From: Candidatus Poseidoniaceae archaeon
GTDB taxonomy: Archaea; Thermoplasmatota; Poseidoniia; Poseidoniales; Poseidoniaceae
Assembly (NCBI GenBank): GCA_949373235.1
Contig: CASICQ010000007.1
Coordinates: 1,030 to 65,029, forward strand
Length of the DNA stretch: 64,000 bases
Direction of reading: 5' to 3'
Position numbers and translations under genes: made by a program. This document shows, piece after piece, positions 18,494 through 28,079 of this stretch. How positions within the stretch are numbered: position 1 is the first letter of the stretch; every line of letters begins with the position of its first letter. Under the pieces are notes generated by a model. It did not search any database and was not told where the DNA came from. It saw nothing but the letters and a program-made list of their open reading frames with translations.

Positions 18494-19558
18494 ATGGCCT
18501 CCGATGAACGCGCAGCGTATCCCGCACCTCTCGACTTCCTGCCAGATTCTTCGTCCAAAATGAAGAAAGGGGCACGCAAGCCTCAATATGCGCCTGTTTT
18601 CACTCAAAAGGCAAAGAAAGGCAAAGCCACAAAACGAGTCCACATGCTTGTGAATCCTTACTCTGGAAAGAGGAAGGGGCGAGCGACAGCGGAATTGGCC
18701 AAATCCATGTTTGAGGCTCAAGGCGTCGAAGTGGACATTCATTTTTCAGCCTACAGCGGGCATTTGATCAAAATCGCATCCGAAATCAAGGCCAAAGCCA
18801 GCGATGTGTTCGTCGTTGTTGGTGGCGATGGAAGCCTGTCAGAAGTGGTCACAGGCCGCATGCAAGCGACTTCGGAAAAAAATGAATTGTTTGGATTGGT
18901 TCCCGCTGGCACCGGAAACTCCGTGGCTCATGATTTGGCCATTGGCACCACAGAAGAGGCCGTAAACCACATCGTGAAGGGGCGCAATCAGGCGTTTGAT
19001 CTCGCAAAAGTCGAGCTCGCCAACGGCCTGCCCGGAGCGGTGGACGGCACCACAACCCGCTACAGCCACAACCTCGTGACGTGGGGCCTCGGTGTTGACT
19101 CCACCATCAAGGCAGAAAAAATGCGATGGATGGGACCGATTCGATATGATGTTGGAATTGTAATGGCGATCATGGCCAACAACCGAAGGCAAGCCACCCT
19201 CACCGTCGATGGCGTGGAAATGAAAAACGACTACACGCTCTTCTTGATTCAAAACAGCCAGACTGGCGGCTCCATGCTGCCATTAGCGCCCGGGGCATCG
19301 CTTGATGATGGCATCATGGATATTGGAATCCTCAAGAAGATGACTCGCCGAGAAGTGTTCAAAGCGTTTGGCATGCTAAAGGCCGAAGGTCGCCATGTGT
19401 TCCATCCGCAAGTGGATTACCACCGGTTCACGACGTTATCGATTGAAACCCCTGAACCAACAGCAATCAACATCGATGGAGAAAACATTGGGTCAACGCC
19501 CCTTTCGATGAAGGTCATGCCCGGAGCAATCCGAGTGTGTGTCCCGGGTTCAGAATGA
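18494..19558 (+). CDS. diacylglycerol-kinase catalytic-domain lipid kinase (YegS/BmrU-like) with a basic N-terminal extension
   Basis: VNPYSGKRKG...VVVGGDGSLSEVV signature. Confidence 0.7.
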   Translation: MASDERAAYPAPLDFLPDSSSKMKKGARKPQYAPVFTQKAKKGKATKRVHMLVNPYSGKRKGRATAELAKSMFEAQGVEVDIHFSAYSGHLIKIASEIKAKASDVFVVVGGDGSLSEVVTGRMQATSEKNELFGLVPAGTGNSVAHDLAIGTTEEAVNHIVKGRNQAFDLAKVELANGLPGAVDGTTTRYSHNLVTWGLGVDSTIKAEKMRWMGPIRYDVGIVMAIMANNRRQATLTVDGVEMKNDYTLFLIQNSQTGGSMLPLAPGASLDDGIMDIGILKKMTRREVFKAFGMLKAEGRHVFHPQVDYHRFTTLSIETPEPTAINIDGENIGSTPLSMKVMPGAIRVCVPGSE

Positions 19559-21043
19559 GAAGTCTGAGAAATCATCCTCGTCTTGGAATGTTTCTTTCTC
19601 TTGCGCAGCAGGTGCTTTGTAAGGTTCTGGTTCTTCTTCCACTGGCTTGGCTGCAGCCTTTCGCTTGCGCACCGTCTTCTTCTTTTGCGGTGGCTTAGGT
19701 TCTGGATCAGCTGAACGGGTTGGTGCTACGCTGCTGAAATGACCGCGAGGTTCTGGTTCGGGCTGGGTTGAAACGACGCTGGTTGGCGCACTGCTGGAAC
19801 GTTTTGGAGCGTCCCAAACGGGTGATGGAGAAGGTGTGGGTGAGGAAACGCTTGAGGCTTGGTTGGAAACGCTGCTTTCCATTTCCTGGGCTGCTTCGGT
19901 GACCACAACTGATGATCCTCGGCTCGAAGAGATGACAGGAGATGCATCTGAGTCATCGTTGGAGAGAATACTGTCGAGGTCGAAGCCTGCTAGAGCGCTT
20001 TCTTGAGGTTTTTTAGCGGACTTTGGAAGTTCTTTTTGAGCCTTTGAGCGTTGTTCTGCTTGACGGGTTGCAGGAGACGCCAGACCTGTGGATTTTGCTT
20101 TCTTGACATCTTGCTTGACCTTCTTGATGTTGTCCATACCAACTTGGCCGAGAAGAACTTTCATTGTGTCCCGAGCGCCCTTCAGAACAAACATCTTCGA
20201 GAGGATGAAAGCACCTACTGCGCCACCGACGCCAACAATGAAGAACATGAGAATGAAACCGGTTCGGCCGAGGATTGGCACATCGCCATGGACCCATTCA
20301 TCGTCTGCTTCCCCATTTGCAGTGACGCTCGAACCATCGAGTTCGATTCCTGTGACCATCACATACAGTTGTTCTCGGTTTTGATTGCCGACGTCCAGAG
20401 TGCAATCGTCGCTCACCGTTTGTATTGAGTGATAGCCGTAAGCGTTGCTTGCATTGCTCGAAACGAGGTAGCCCCTGACGGTGACGGCTTGGTGCCATTC
20501 GCCGAGTGAAAGCATGCCGTCTTGGATGTTCTCAGTTGTTGGAATCAAGCCCAGAATGTACCAGCGGGAATCTTCATCTGCATCGATTTCATCTAAATCA
20601 ACCGAGCCTGCACCCGTTTGAGGGTTCATTGGGTCGTTCCAATCTTTAAGATCAACACGAGACCCTTCGCCTTCGATGGTTTCAGCCGCTTGCTTAAACG
20701 GCATGGCGTGGATTGCTACGCTGGTTGTTACAGCCAAACCGATGCCGTTCACTTGGTCGGTGTGGGCTTCATAGATCTGGCTTGCAGCGAGGTAACCGGT
20801 GAATTTGATGGCCTGCGTTTTGTTTGTGCCAAGATCTTCTTCGCCCGGTGAACAACCGACAGCTTGCAGGTCATCCATGCTTGATGGCTCGAGCCCGAGG
20901 GTGCTTGTGAAGGAGGTTGAAGCGCGGTCGAAATCAACTTCGACTGAATCGCTGCCCGTGCCCCACGAGGCTGTAGAGGGTCCAAAGCACCCAGCGAGCA
21001 GCATAAGTCCCAACAGGGCAACGGCGAAGGCACCTCGGCGCAT
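19550..21043 (-). CDS. surface lipoprotein with a TM anchor and a Lys/Pro/Glu-rich disordered cytoplasmic tail
   Basis: Lipobox LLAGC; TM FILMFFIVGVGGAVGAFIL; low-complexity C-terminus. Confidence 0.5.
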   Translation of the reverse strand: MRRGAFAVALLGLMLLAGCFGPSTASWGTGSDSVEVDFDRASTSFTSTLGLEPSSMDDLQAVGCSPGEEDLGTNKTQAIKFTGYLAASQIYEAHTDQVNGIGLAVTTSVAIHAMPFKQAAETIEGEGSRVDLKDWNDPMNPQTGAGSVDLDEIDADEDSRWYILGLIPTTENIQDGMLSLGEWHQAVTVRGYLVSSNASNAYGYHSIQTVSDDCTLDVGNQNREQLYVMVTGIELDGSSVTANGEADDEWVHGDVPILGRTGFILMFFIVGVGGAVGAFILSKMFVLKGARDTMKVLLGQVGMDNIKKVKQDVKKAKSTGLASPATRQAEQRSKAQKELPKSAKKPQESALAGFDLDSILSNDDSDASPVISSSRGSSVVVTEAAQEMESSVSNQASSVSSPTPSPSPVWDAPKRSSSAPTSVVSTQPEPEPRGHFSSVAPTRSADPEPKPPQKKKTVRKRKAAAKPVEEEPEPYKAPAAQEKETFQDEDDFSDFSF

Positions 21044-21122
21044 AGTTAGCCTAGGGCCGCTTTAGTTTGAGAACTCTTCCCCCGATTTGGGTGAACCAAA
21101 GGGTCCCATCTGGGTGATGAAG

Positions 21123-21205
21123 CGCAGAGAGAGGGATTCGAACCCCCGTGTCTAGGAGACAGTGGATTTCAAGTCCACCGCAATACCGGGCTATGCGATC
21201 TCTGC
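21123..21205 (-). tRNA. tRNA-Ser (anticodon TGA), class II with long variable arm, no encoded CCA
   Basis: Reverse complement folds: acceptor GCAGAGA/TCTCTGC, anticodon loop CTTGAAA, variable arm TGTCTCCTAGACA, T-loop GGGTTCGAATCCC. Confidence 0.8.
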
Positions 21206-21266
21206 AACAAACCAAGCGGGGCACCACCCCATGATACCGTTTTCGGCTCGAATGTCTTGGACAATC

Positions 21267-22790
21267 TCACTGATCTGGTTCTCGACGGGGGGTGATTGCA
21301 GCCGCTGCCAAGCCAAGGCCAGCCATAGCGATGCCAAAGGTAAGGCCGGGCATACCGCTGTTTTGCCCCGGGTCAGATTGCCCTCCGAGTGCCGCTTCAA
21401 CATCGATTTGGAAATCTTCTGCTCGCCACGAATCCCCGGTCCATGCGACCGTTGGCGTCATGCCATCGAGGATGTAGGTGATCGTGGAGTGCCCAACGGC
21501 GTAATCAATCGCTGTTATATCGCTCGAAACGCAGGAAGTTCGGCTGTCTTCAGCCCACTCATAGCCTTCATCGCACATGCAATGCTTGCCCTCGCCAGTT
21601 CCCATTTCCCATCCGTGGTTGTTGCAGACTCCGGGTTGCACTTCGTCTCTCAAGGTTGCACCTGGTGGTGGAATCTCGGAGAGGTTGGTGGAATTGGGCG
21701 ACCATGCGATGTAGGTTGGTTCGATCAGGCTGTCCATGCCGAGGCTGGAAGCGTCCCATGCTTGGGAGGTGGCATTCCAAGTGGAGAGGCTCCACCACCA
21801 CGAATAATTCGAAGGTGCTACAACATCATCTATCGATTCCATGTAGTGGCCCCATTCACTGGATGGCATCGAGGTGTTGAGGCCTGCTCCGGCAAATGCA
21901 CCCATGGAAAGGTGCCATGCGTTCATTTCCTGAAGGGTATGGTTGGCCGTTGTGTTGTCTGGAAACAGCACTTGCATTGTTGGGTGGTCTGGGTGGGGGG
22001 CTGCGAGATTGGAGGTGTTGGCGTTCGAAGCAGCCCAAACCAGTTGGTCGTGTTCCAGAGCGTCGATTGAATCAATGCCTACATCAGATGCTTCCCACGC
22101 TCCTGAGGTTTCATTGTGAATCAACAGGCTCCACCACCAAGAAGAATCCGAAGGGGCTTCAACCCCTTCTATCGCTGTGACATAATGACCGTATTCACTG
22201 TCCGTAGCGTTGATGCTCCAATTGGCCTCATGAGCCATGATTTGATGGAACTCCCATCCAGATGGCATGAACATAAATTCCGAAGCGTTTCCCGAAGGAT
22301 CGACATAAGTCACTGTTGGATCTTCGTTCACTTCGATGTGAGCATCGATGACCTGTTGATCAACAAGGACGCCAAAATTGCGGTACACTTCGGAAAGAGT
22401 GTCCTTGTCGCCGGTTAGATGAGGCCACGAAACTCCATGGCGTTCTGTAAATTCGGTCAGTGCTTCGGGTGTGTCTCGATCAGGGTCAACTGAGATTGAA
22501 ACAAAACCAACGCGTTCTGCATCCGATTCAGAGAGCCCTTCTTGGACGAGCCGGAGCGATTGAGTGATCACGGGGCACACGTCAGGGCACGCTGTGAAAA
22601 TAAACGCGACGACGGTCACGTCCTTGTCAAGGGTGGAGAATGTGAAGTTCTCTGCGTTCTGATCAACGAGGGTAAAATCAACGATATCGTTCCTTGACAA
22701 TTGATGGCCTTTGTAGGCCGTTGCATTCGGGGTTGCAGCCACGAGAAGCGCGAAGCAAATGCACAAGGTTAGCAAGCGTTGGGCCTTCAT
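21267..22790 (-). CDS. SCO1/SenC-family copper chaperone with a 350-aa C-terminal extension (tandem about 50-aa repeat, EGF-like Cys module, C-terminal TM/sorting-like tail)
   Basis: FIFTACPDVCP (CxxxC) SCO1 motif. Repeats GHYVTAIEG..SWWWSL..AWEAS and GHYMESIDD..SWWWSL..AWDAS. C-terminal PGLTFGIAMAGLGLAAAAITPRRE. Confidence 0.7.
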   Translation of the reverse strand: MKAQRLLTLCICFALLVAATPNATAYKGHQLSRNDIVDFTLVDQNAENFTFSTLDKDVTVVAFIFTACPDVCPVITQSLRLVQEGLSESDAERVGFVSISVDPDRDTPEALTEFTERHGVSWPHLTGDKDTLSEVYRNFGVLVDQQVIDAHIEVNEDPTVTYVDPSGNASEFMFMPSGWEFHQIMAHEANWSINATDSEYGHYVTAIEGVEAPSDSSWWWSLLIHNETSGAWEASDVGIDSIDALEHDQLVWAASNANTSNLAAPHPDHPTMQVLFPDNTTANHTLQEMNAWHLSMGAFAGAGLNTSMPSSEWGHYMESIDDVVAPSNYSWWWSLSTWNATSQAWDASSLGMDSLIEPTYIAWSPNSTNLSEIPPPGATLRDEVQPGVCNNHGWEMGTGEGKHCMCDEGYEWAEDSRTSCVSSDITAIDYAVGHSTITYILDGMTPTVAWTGDSWRAEDFQIDVEAALGGQSDPGQNSGMPGLTFGIAMAGLGLAAAAITPRREPDQ

Positions 22791-22837
22791 GGTGTTCTCC
22801 CCTCAGCGCAGAGGTTTGAAGGTTATGCCAACCCGGT

Positions 22838-23203
22838 TCAGCGTTCGGTTGCGTAACTCCAATCTGGTGTGCACCAGCTTGGGAGTCCTGTGACCCCTTC
22901 GGGGTTGGACAGGCCAATGCCCCAAAGCATGAGGGCAACAAAGATCCAAGGGAACATGAACGTGATGTTGAACCACTTGTGTTCGTCTCGCAAGTGCATG
23001 AAGAACGCAGCGATACCGTATCCCTTGACAATGCCAACGCCGATGAGAATAGCCCATACCGCCGAGCGGCTGATGTCAATGTCGGTGCCTGGGACAGTCT
23101 CAAAGAAGACCGCTCCAAGTTCAAACAGCGTGAAAACCATCAAAACGATAAAGTTCCAAAAGTAGATGTCTTTGCCCATGTATAAATTTGCGTGCTCTCC
23201 CAT
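22838..23203 (-). CDS. prokaryotic cytochrome oxidase subunit IV-like small membrane protein
   Basis: Three TM helices and GYGIAAFFMHL, reminiscent of the CoxD/CtaF family. Position directly after coxC. Confidence 0.5.
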   Translation of the reverse strand: MGEHANLYMGKDIYFWNFIVLMVFTLFELGAVFFETVPGTDIDISRSAVWAILIGVGIVKGYGIAAFFMHLRDEHKWFNITFMFPWIFVALMLWGIGLSNPEGVTGLPSWCTPDWSYATER

Positions 23204-23212
23204 GATCTCACC

Positions 23213-24595
23213 TCAATACAAGTAGAATGCTGGGAAGATAACCACCCAAGCCAGGTCGACAAAGTGCCAGTACAAACCGAAGTATTCGATGCCCTGTGCG
23301 TTGTCCTCGTCAAAGCCGATGGTGTCCGCCTTGAACACCAAGTACAGCATAATCACCAGACCGATGAACACGTGAAGACCGTGTGCGCCGGTGGCGATGT
23401 AGAAGATTGAACCTTGAACGGTACCGATGGTGAACCCTTCAGCCACCAAGTGGCTCCACTCGACGAGTTTGAGCACAATAAACAGGGAACCAAGCATCAG
23501 TGTAGCGATGAGGTAGTTTCGGACTGCTGCCTTTCGGGTTGGCATGAGTTTGCCCATGATGCCCTTTGGCGCTTCCCAGTTTGCGTTCTTGGCGGTCTTG
23601 AGTGCGAGAACGATTGTGTAGGAGGAGATGATCAGAGCAAAGGTGTTGATTCCACCAGGTAATAGGGTCCAGAAGTCACCAACTGAGTTTCCTAGCCCGT
23701 CGATCTTAGCGCCGCCAGGTCGGAGGTAATCGGATGCTGTGAGGACCCAATCATCAGATGATTGACAGCCCTCAAATCCACCGTCGCTGTTCTCAAAGGC
23801 CCACTTTGTGCACCATTCAGTACGCATTCGTAGGTACGAGGAAAAGAAGGTGGCGAACACCATGATTTCAGACATGATAAACACCCAAAGACCGACCTTT
23901 CGAATGTGGTCGCCTTCGAACGGATACGAGGTTGCAATTTGCTCACCGTGACCGATGAAGGGCAAATCTTCGAACCACCAGTTCGAGACGGCGATGACGA
24001 TGATTAACAATCCTGAAACGCTGACGCCAAGCATGCCGAGTTCGGCAACGACCGTGTCATCGAGCAGTGCTTTGCAAGCGACGATGAAATCGGGCAAGCC
24101 CATCAAGAACACCATGATACCGAAGGCGAAGATGATCGGGGAGGCGGAGCCGTGGTGATCGTCACCATACCCGTCGCCATGGCCATGATCATCACCGTGG
24201 TCGTCTGCCTTTGGCTTACTTGCGTTCAAGAAACCACCAAGTCCGATGAATGCGGCATAGCCAGCCGTGAGGAACAGCATGGTCATGCCAGCTACACGGT
24301 AGGTGAGGTAGGAGAGGTGAGCCGCAACTTCGTCGTTGTGGGCTTCTTCCTTAGCGATGTACAACTCTGTGTCGTGATCTTCCCCTGAAATGGTTCCAGC
24401 AGCGACGGCGTCTTGCCATTCTTTCTTGGCGTCGTCGTAGTGATGATGTTCGTCTTCCCATGTGTGGTGCTTTTGGTCAGCGATGCCAACACCAAGCACG
24501 GCGAATCCAGCGACACCAATCGTGAGGATCAAGCCAGCCATCATAATGGCACGCAACCAGGTGCTGTTTGCGACGTCGTTTCCATGTCCGCTCAT
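23213..24595 (-). CDS. coxC: heme-copper oxidase subunit III with a 200-aa N-terminal extension (extra TM helices, His/Asp-rich loops)
   Basis: C-terminal COX3 signature ...YWHFVDLAWVVIFPAFYLY. Extension contains HHHYDD and DDHGDDHGHGDGYGDDHHGS. 4-nt overlap with coxA. Confidence 0.8.
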   Translation of the reverse strand: MSGHGNDVANSTWLRAIMMAGLILTIGVAGFAVLGVGIADQKHHTWEDEHHHYDDAKKEWQDAVAAGTISGEDHDTELYIAKEEAHNDEVAAHLSYLTYRVAGMTMLFLTAGYAAFIGLGGFLNASKPKADDHGDDHGHGDGYGDDHHGSASPIIFAFGIMVFLMGLPDFIVACKALLDDTVVAELGMLGVSVSGLLIIVIAVSNWWFEDLPFIGHGEQIATSYPFEGDHIRKVGLWVFIMSEIMVFATFFSSYLRMRTEWCTKWAFENSDGGFEGCQSSDDWVLTASDYLRPGGAKIDGLGNSVGDFWTLLPGGINTFALIISSYTIVLALKTAKNANWEAPKGIMGKLMPTRKAAVRNYLIATLMLGSLFIVLKLVEWSHLVAEGFTIGTVQGSIFYIATGAHGLHVFIGLVIMLYLVFKADTIGFDEDNAQGIEYFGLYWHFVDLAWVVIFPAFYLY

Positions 24596-26922
24596 TCTTC
24601 GACCCCCTTTGCGAGTGGTGTAGCCAATTTCTTGAGCGGATTTTCCTTCTTCTGACCCGTGCCGTGATGGCCGTAGAGTTCGTTCATGTCACCCTGTGTT
24701 GGGATGTCATGGAAGGAAGGTGTAGGTGGTGGCGAGGTGGTCATCCACTCGAGCGACCATCCGCCCCACGGATCATTTCCTGCTGGCTCGCCGTGTCGGT
24801 TGGAACGGATGATGTTCCAAACGAGCAACAACTGACTCAATCCGAAGATGAAGGAGAAGGTACTGACAGCCATGTTGTACTCAGCAAAGCCGCTTTCAGT
24901 TGTGTAACTGTGCGTTCGGCGAGGCATGCCCATGATACCAAGTGCGTGCATGGGCCAGAAGGTTGCGTTGTAGGAAGCAAATCCAATCAAGAAGTGCCAA
25001 AGACCCAATGTTTCGTTGAGCTTGCGGCCCGTTGCCTTGGGGTACCAGTAGTAAACACCGGAGAACAATGCGAAGACAGTACCGCCAATGAACACGTAAT
25101 GGAAGTGAGCGACAACGAAGTACGAGTCGTGGAAGTGGACGTCCAGTCCAGCCACTGGGAAGAACATACCAGAGATACCACCAAGCGTGAAGGTGACAAG
25201 GAATCCAAGCGACCACAACGTGTGTGTTTTCATGATGAGGCTGCCGCCCCAAATGGTTGCAAGCCAGTTGAACACCTTAGCGCCCGTTGGGATTGCTACC
25301 GCCATGGTGGTGATCATGAACGCAGCGCGCCAGAACGGATCCATTCCGGAGGTGAGCATGTGGTGGCCCCAAACGATGAAACCAACAACGCCGATACCAG
25401 CCATTGCAAAGACCATTGACTTGTATCCGAAAATCGAGCGTCGAGCGCTTGTAGCAAGCACTTCAGAGACGATACCAAACGCTGGCACAACGACGACGTA
25501 AACTTCGGGATGCCCGAAGAACCAGAACAGGTGCTGGAACAGCAAACTGTCGCCACCCGCAGTAAAGAAGACCGTGCCGAGGGTGTGGTCGAACAAGAGG
25601 AACGCCACGCCGATGATAAAGGCTGGAAGCGACATGTAGAGCATGAACACGCTGACGAAGACCGACCAAGCGAACAATGGCATCTTCATGAAACCGACAC
25701 CGGGTGCGCGCATGGTGAACACCGTGGTGATGAAGTTCACACCACCAAGCGTCGAAGATGCGCCAAGCATCAGAATACCTGAGATGAACGCTGTCGTTCC
25801 CGGGTTCGAACCGTACTGAGCGAGTTCTGCCCCGAGGTTGGCTTCAGTCAATGAAGAGTAAGGTGGGTACATGACCCACGTAATGTCAGCGCCTTCACCG
25901 GACCAAATACCAGCGTAGATCAGCGGGCTCGAGAACACAAGGAGCCACAGACCCATAGCGTTGATTCGAGGGAATGCCAGGTCCTTTGCTCCAATCTGGA
26001 GCGGAAGCACGTAGTTCATGAAACCTGCAATCATTGGCATGGCGGCCAAGAAAATCATAGTTGTCCCGTGAAGGGTGAAGAAAGAGTTGTATTCCGTTTC
26101 GGTGAGGAAGGTGTTTTCAGGCAAGGCCAGTTGAATACGGAACAGCAGCGCAAGCACGCCACCAACGAGGAAGAAGGTGAATCCATAAAGGAAGTAGAGG
26201 ATACCGACTTCTTTGTGATCGGTGGTGGTGAGCCAAGGCTTGAGGTAAGACCAGAAGTGCTCGATGGTGAAGGTCGAAGGGTTGCGGGCATAGAACACGT
26301 AGAGCACGCCGAGCAACACAAGGCCGAGAGCGAGTCCAATGGCGGTAATGAGCACGACAAGAGCACGAGCGCTTGGGGCAACTTCGCCAGCGTTAGCGCC
26401 AGGAATCATGAAGTCTGCTTGGTTCCAGTAATCGCCACCAGAGCCAGCGCCGCCGTTGACAGCGTTACCGTACACGGTGATATCGACAACTTTGCCGTCG
26501 TCGCCCGGAGCGACCCATTCAAAGTCCCAAGTTCGAACACCGTTGGCTTCTGCCGTGTGTGTCAAACCGCCGTCCATGTCGTGGCCAAGGGACTCATTGA
26601 CGGTTGAAACCATGCCTGAGGAGGTGAGGATTCGGAATCCGCCTGCGTGGCCGTTCCATGGGTCAGCGCCCTCCGTGCTGCCTCCGTTGTGGAGTTCCAT
26701 TGCATCGTTGACAACGGTGACGGTGAAGGGGTATGTTTCGCTTGCGTTGAAGCGTTCGGGGAGCCCTTCGACGATCACGGAGGTGTCGCCAGAAGCCCCA
26801 CCGTGGCAGGTACATCCGTTATCACCTGCAGCACCAATACCTGTAGGCATGGCCTCAAATTGAGGGGTTGCTGCGAGCATGAGGAGCATGAGCGCAACGA
26901 GGGTGAGTGCACGGGTTCGCAT
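24592..26922 (-). CDS. coxA: heme-copper oxidase subunit I fused to an N-terminal secreted domain of about 190 aa
   Basis: Canonical COX1 core (GHPEVY, WAHHMF, HFHYV). N-terminal signal peptide plus a domain with NGCTCHGG and W-FEWVAP-...-VYGN. 1-nt overlap with the coxB stop. Confidence 0.9.
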   Translation of the reverse strand: MRTRALTLVALMLLMLAATPQFEAMPTGIGAAGDNGCTCHGGASGDTSVIVEGLPERFNASETYPFTVTVVNDAMELHNGGSTEGADPWNGHAGGFRILTSSGMVSTVNESLGHDMDGGLTHTAEANGVRTWDFEWVAPGDDGKVVDITVYGNAVNGGAGSGGDYWNQADFMIPGANAGEVAPSARALVVLITAIGLALGLVLLGVLYVFYARNPSTFTIEHFWSYLKPWLTTTDHKEVGILYFLYGFTFFLVGGVLALLFRIQLALPENTFLTETEYNSFFTLHGTTMIFLAAMPMIAGFMNYVLPLQIGAKDLAFPRINAMGLWLLVFSSPLIYAGIWSGEGADITWVMYPPYSSLTEANLGAELAQYGSNPGTTAFISGILMLGASSTLGGVNFITTVFTMRAPGVGFMKMPLFAWSVFVSVFMLYMSLPAFIIGVAFLLFDHTLGTVFFTAGGDSLLFQHLFWFFGHPEVYVVVVPAFGIVSEVLATSARRSIFGYKSMVFAMAGIGVVGFIVWGHHMLTSGMDPFWRAAFMITTMAVAIPTGAKVFNWLATIWGGSLIMKTHTLWSLGFLVTFTLGGISGMFFPVAGLDVHFHDSYFVVAHFHYVFIGGTVFALFSGVYYWYPKATGRKLNETLGLWHFLIGFASYNATFWPMHALGIMGMPRRTHSYTTESGFAEYNMAVSTFSFIFGLSQLLLVWNIIRSNRHGEPAGNDPWGGWSLEWMTTSPPPTPSFHDIPTQGDMNELYGHHGTGQKKENPLKKLATPLAKGVEE

Positions 26923-27890
26923 CAGTAGCCGCCTCCATCATTTGACTTTAGAACGCCGCTGTCCCTTTCACAGGTATCGCCTTCTGTCGCAACGATGGTG
27001 ACTTGGCCTTGCATCTTTGAGTGGTCAAGGCCGCAGTACTCTGCGCAACGAATAGGGAAGGTACCCATGTCATCGGGTTGAGCGTACATCACTGTTCCAG
27101 CCTCGAGTCCGGGGACCAAGTCTTCTTTGACGCCCCATTCAGGGAGCCAGAAGGAGTGTTGGACACCGACGTAATTTGGGTTCGATGCATCGGATGGTCG
27201 AGAATGGAGGTTCATGATGCTCACCTTGTCGCAAGGCAGGATGAGGTGTTCGCCGCCGGCGGTGGAAAGAATGGTGCCGACCGGGAGATGCTCCCATGTG
27301 TGAAGCAAATGATCTTCGCTGTCAAAGACGGTAATTTTTGAGTGGAGTTCCGCATCGAACATGGTGTTCATCAACGTCAACATGCCGACTGAAGCGTTGA
27401 GTGCATAATCGGTTTCCACGCCATCGATCGCGATGGTGATGTTGGTTGCCGTTGTGTTGAGAGCGTGGACCATCAGCATGTTGCCTGCCCATTCCACGTC
27501 GATGTCCGTGCCTGGATCTTCCCAGGTGAGGGCCTCGGTGTAGTGGAATTCCCAGAACCATTGCTTTCCGACGATTTGGATGTCAAAGGTTTCTTCGCTT
27601 TCATCAAGCGTCCAAACGGCTGTGTTGGATGCGAGCGCCATCATTGTGAGCCAGACCACAATGATGGTCGGCAGCACGTAAAACAACACTTCGAGTTTGG
27701 TATTGTGAGAATCAACGGGAAAAGACCCAACTTCGATGTGGTACTTATCCATGTTCTCAACGGGCTCAACGCCGTCGCGGTAGCGCACCATAGCGATGAA
27801 CATCCACCCGAAGGTGAAAATCCCCACAATGATACTCCAAAACATGAACTTGTCATAAAGGACGTTGAAAACAGTGTCTTCAGCAGGCAT
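26922..27890 (-). CDS. coxB: heme-copper oxidase subunit II (CuA)
   Basis: Two N-terminal TM helices; CuA motif CAEYCGLDHSKM; cupredoxin fold length with insertions. Confidence 0.85.
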   Translation of the reverse strand: MPAEDTVFNVLYDKFMFWSIIVGIFTFGWMFIAMVRYRDGVEPVENMDKYHIEVGSFPVDSHNTKLEVLFYVLPTIIVVWLTMMALASNTAVWTLDESEETFDIQIVGKQWFWEFHYTEALTWEDPGTDIDVEWAGNMLMVHALNTTATNITIAIDGVETDYALNASVGMLTLMNTMFDAELHSKITVFDSEDHLLHTWEHLPVGTILSTAGGEHLILPCDKVSIMNLHSRPSDASNPNYVGVQHSFWLPEWGVKEDLVPGLEAGTVMYAQPDDMGTFPIRCAEYCGLDHSKMQGQVTIVATEGDTCERDSGVLKSNDGGGY

Positions 27891-28044
27891 AGATAACCCT
27901 CATGTTCATGGCCGTAGGGACCGGTCTTAAACCCTTGTCGAGCGCGCCTTCGTGACGAATGGCTTTCATCGCTTGAGTCTCGCGTTTGGCTTGCTTGGTT
28001 TCAGTGCCTTTATCGCGGTCGTTTTAGGCAGCGAAATTATTCGT

Positions 28045-28060
28045 ATCAAGTTGATAAATG
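28045..28060 (+). promoter_or_regulatory. candidate archaeal TATA box (TTGATAAATG) about 25 nt upstream of ATG 28080, implying a leaderless transcript
   Basis: AT-rich octamer in an otherwise GC-rich intergenic region; spacing fits archaeal promoters. Confidence 0.25.
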
Positions 28061-28079
28061 AGGGCGATAATGCAACATC

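Noticed and set aside
26350-26922. Possibility that the CoxA N-terminal CTCH motif marks a c-type cytochrome domain (caa3-like fusion)
   Set aside because: The motif is CxCH, not CxxCH. No second axial Met/His context is recognisable and the domain is on subunit I, not II. Kept only as an unclassified extracellular module.
24592-27890. Many internal ORFs on both strands within coxA/coxB (for example 26068-26607, 27465-27896)
   Set aside because: They lie inside genes with unambiguous heme-copper oxidase signatures and are shadow ORFs.
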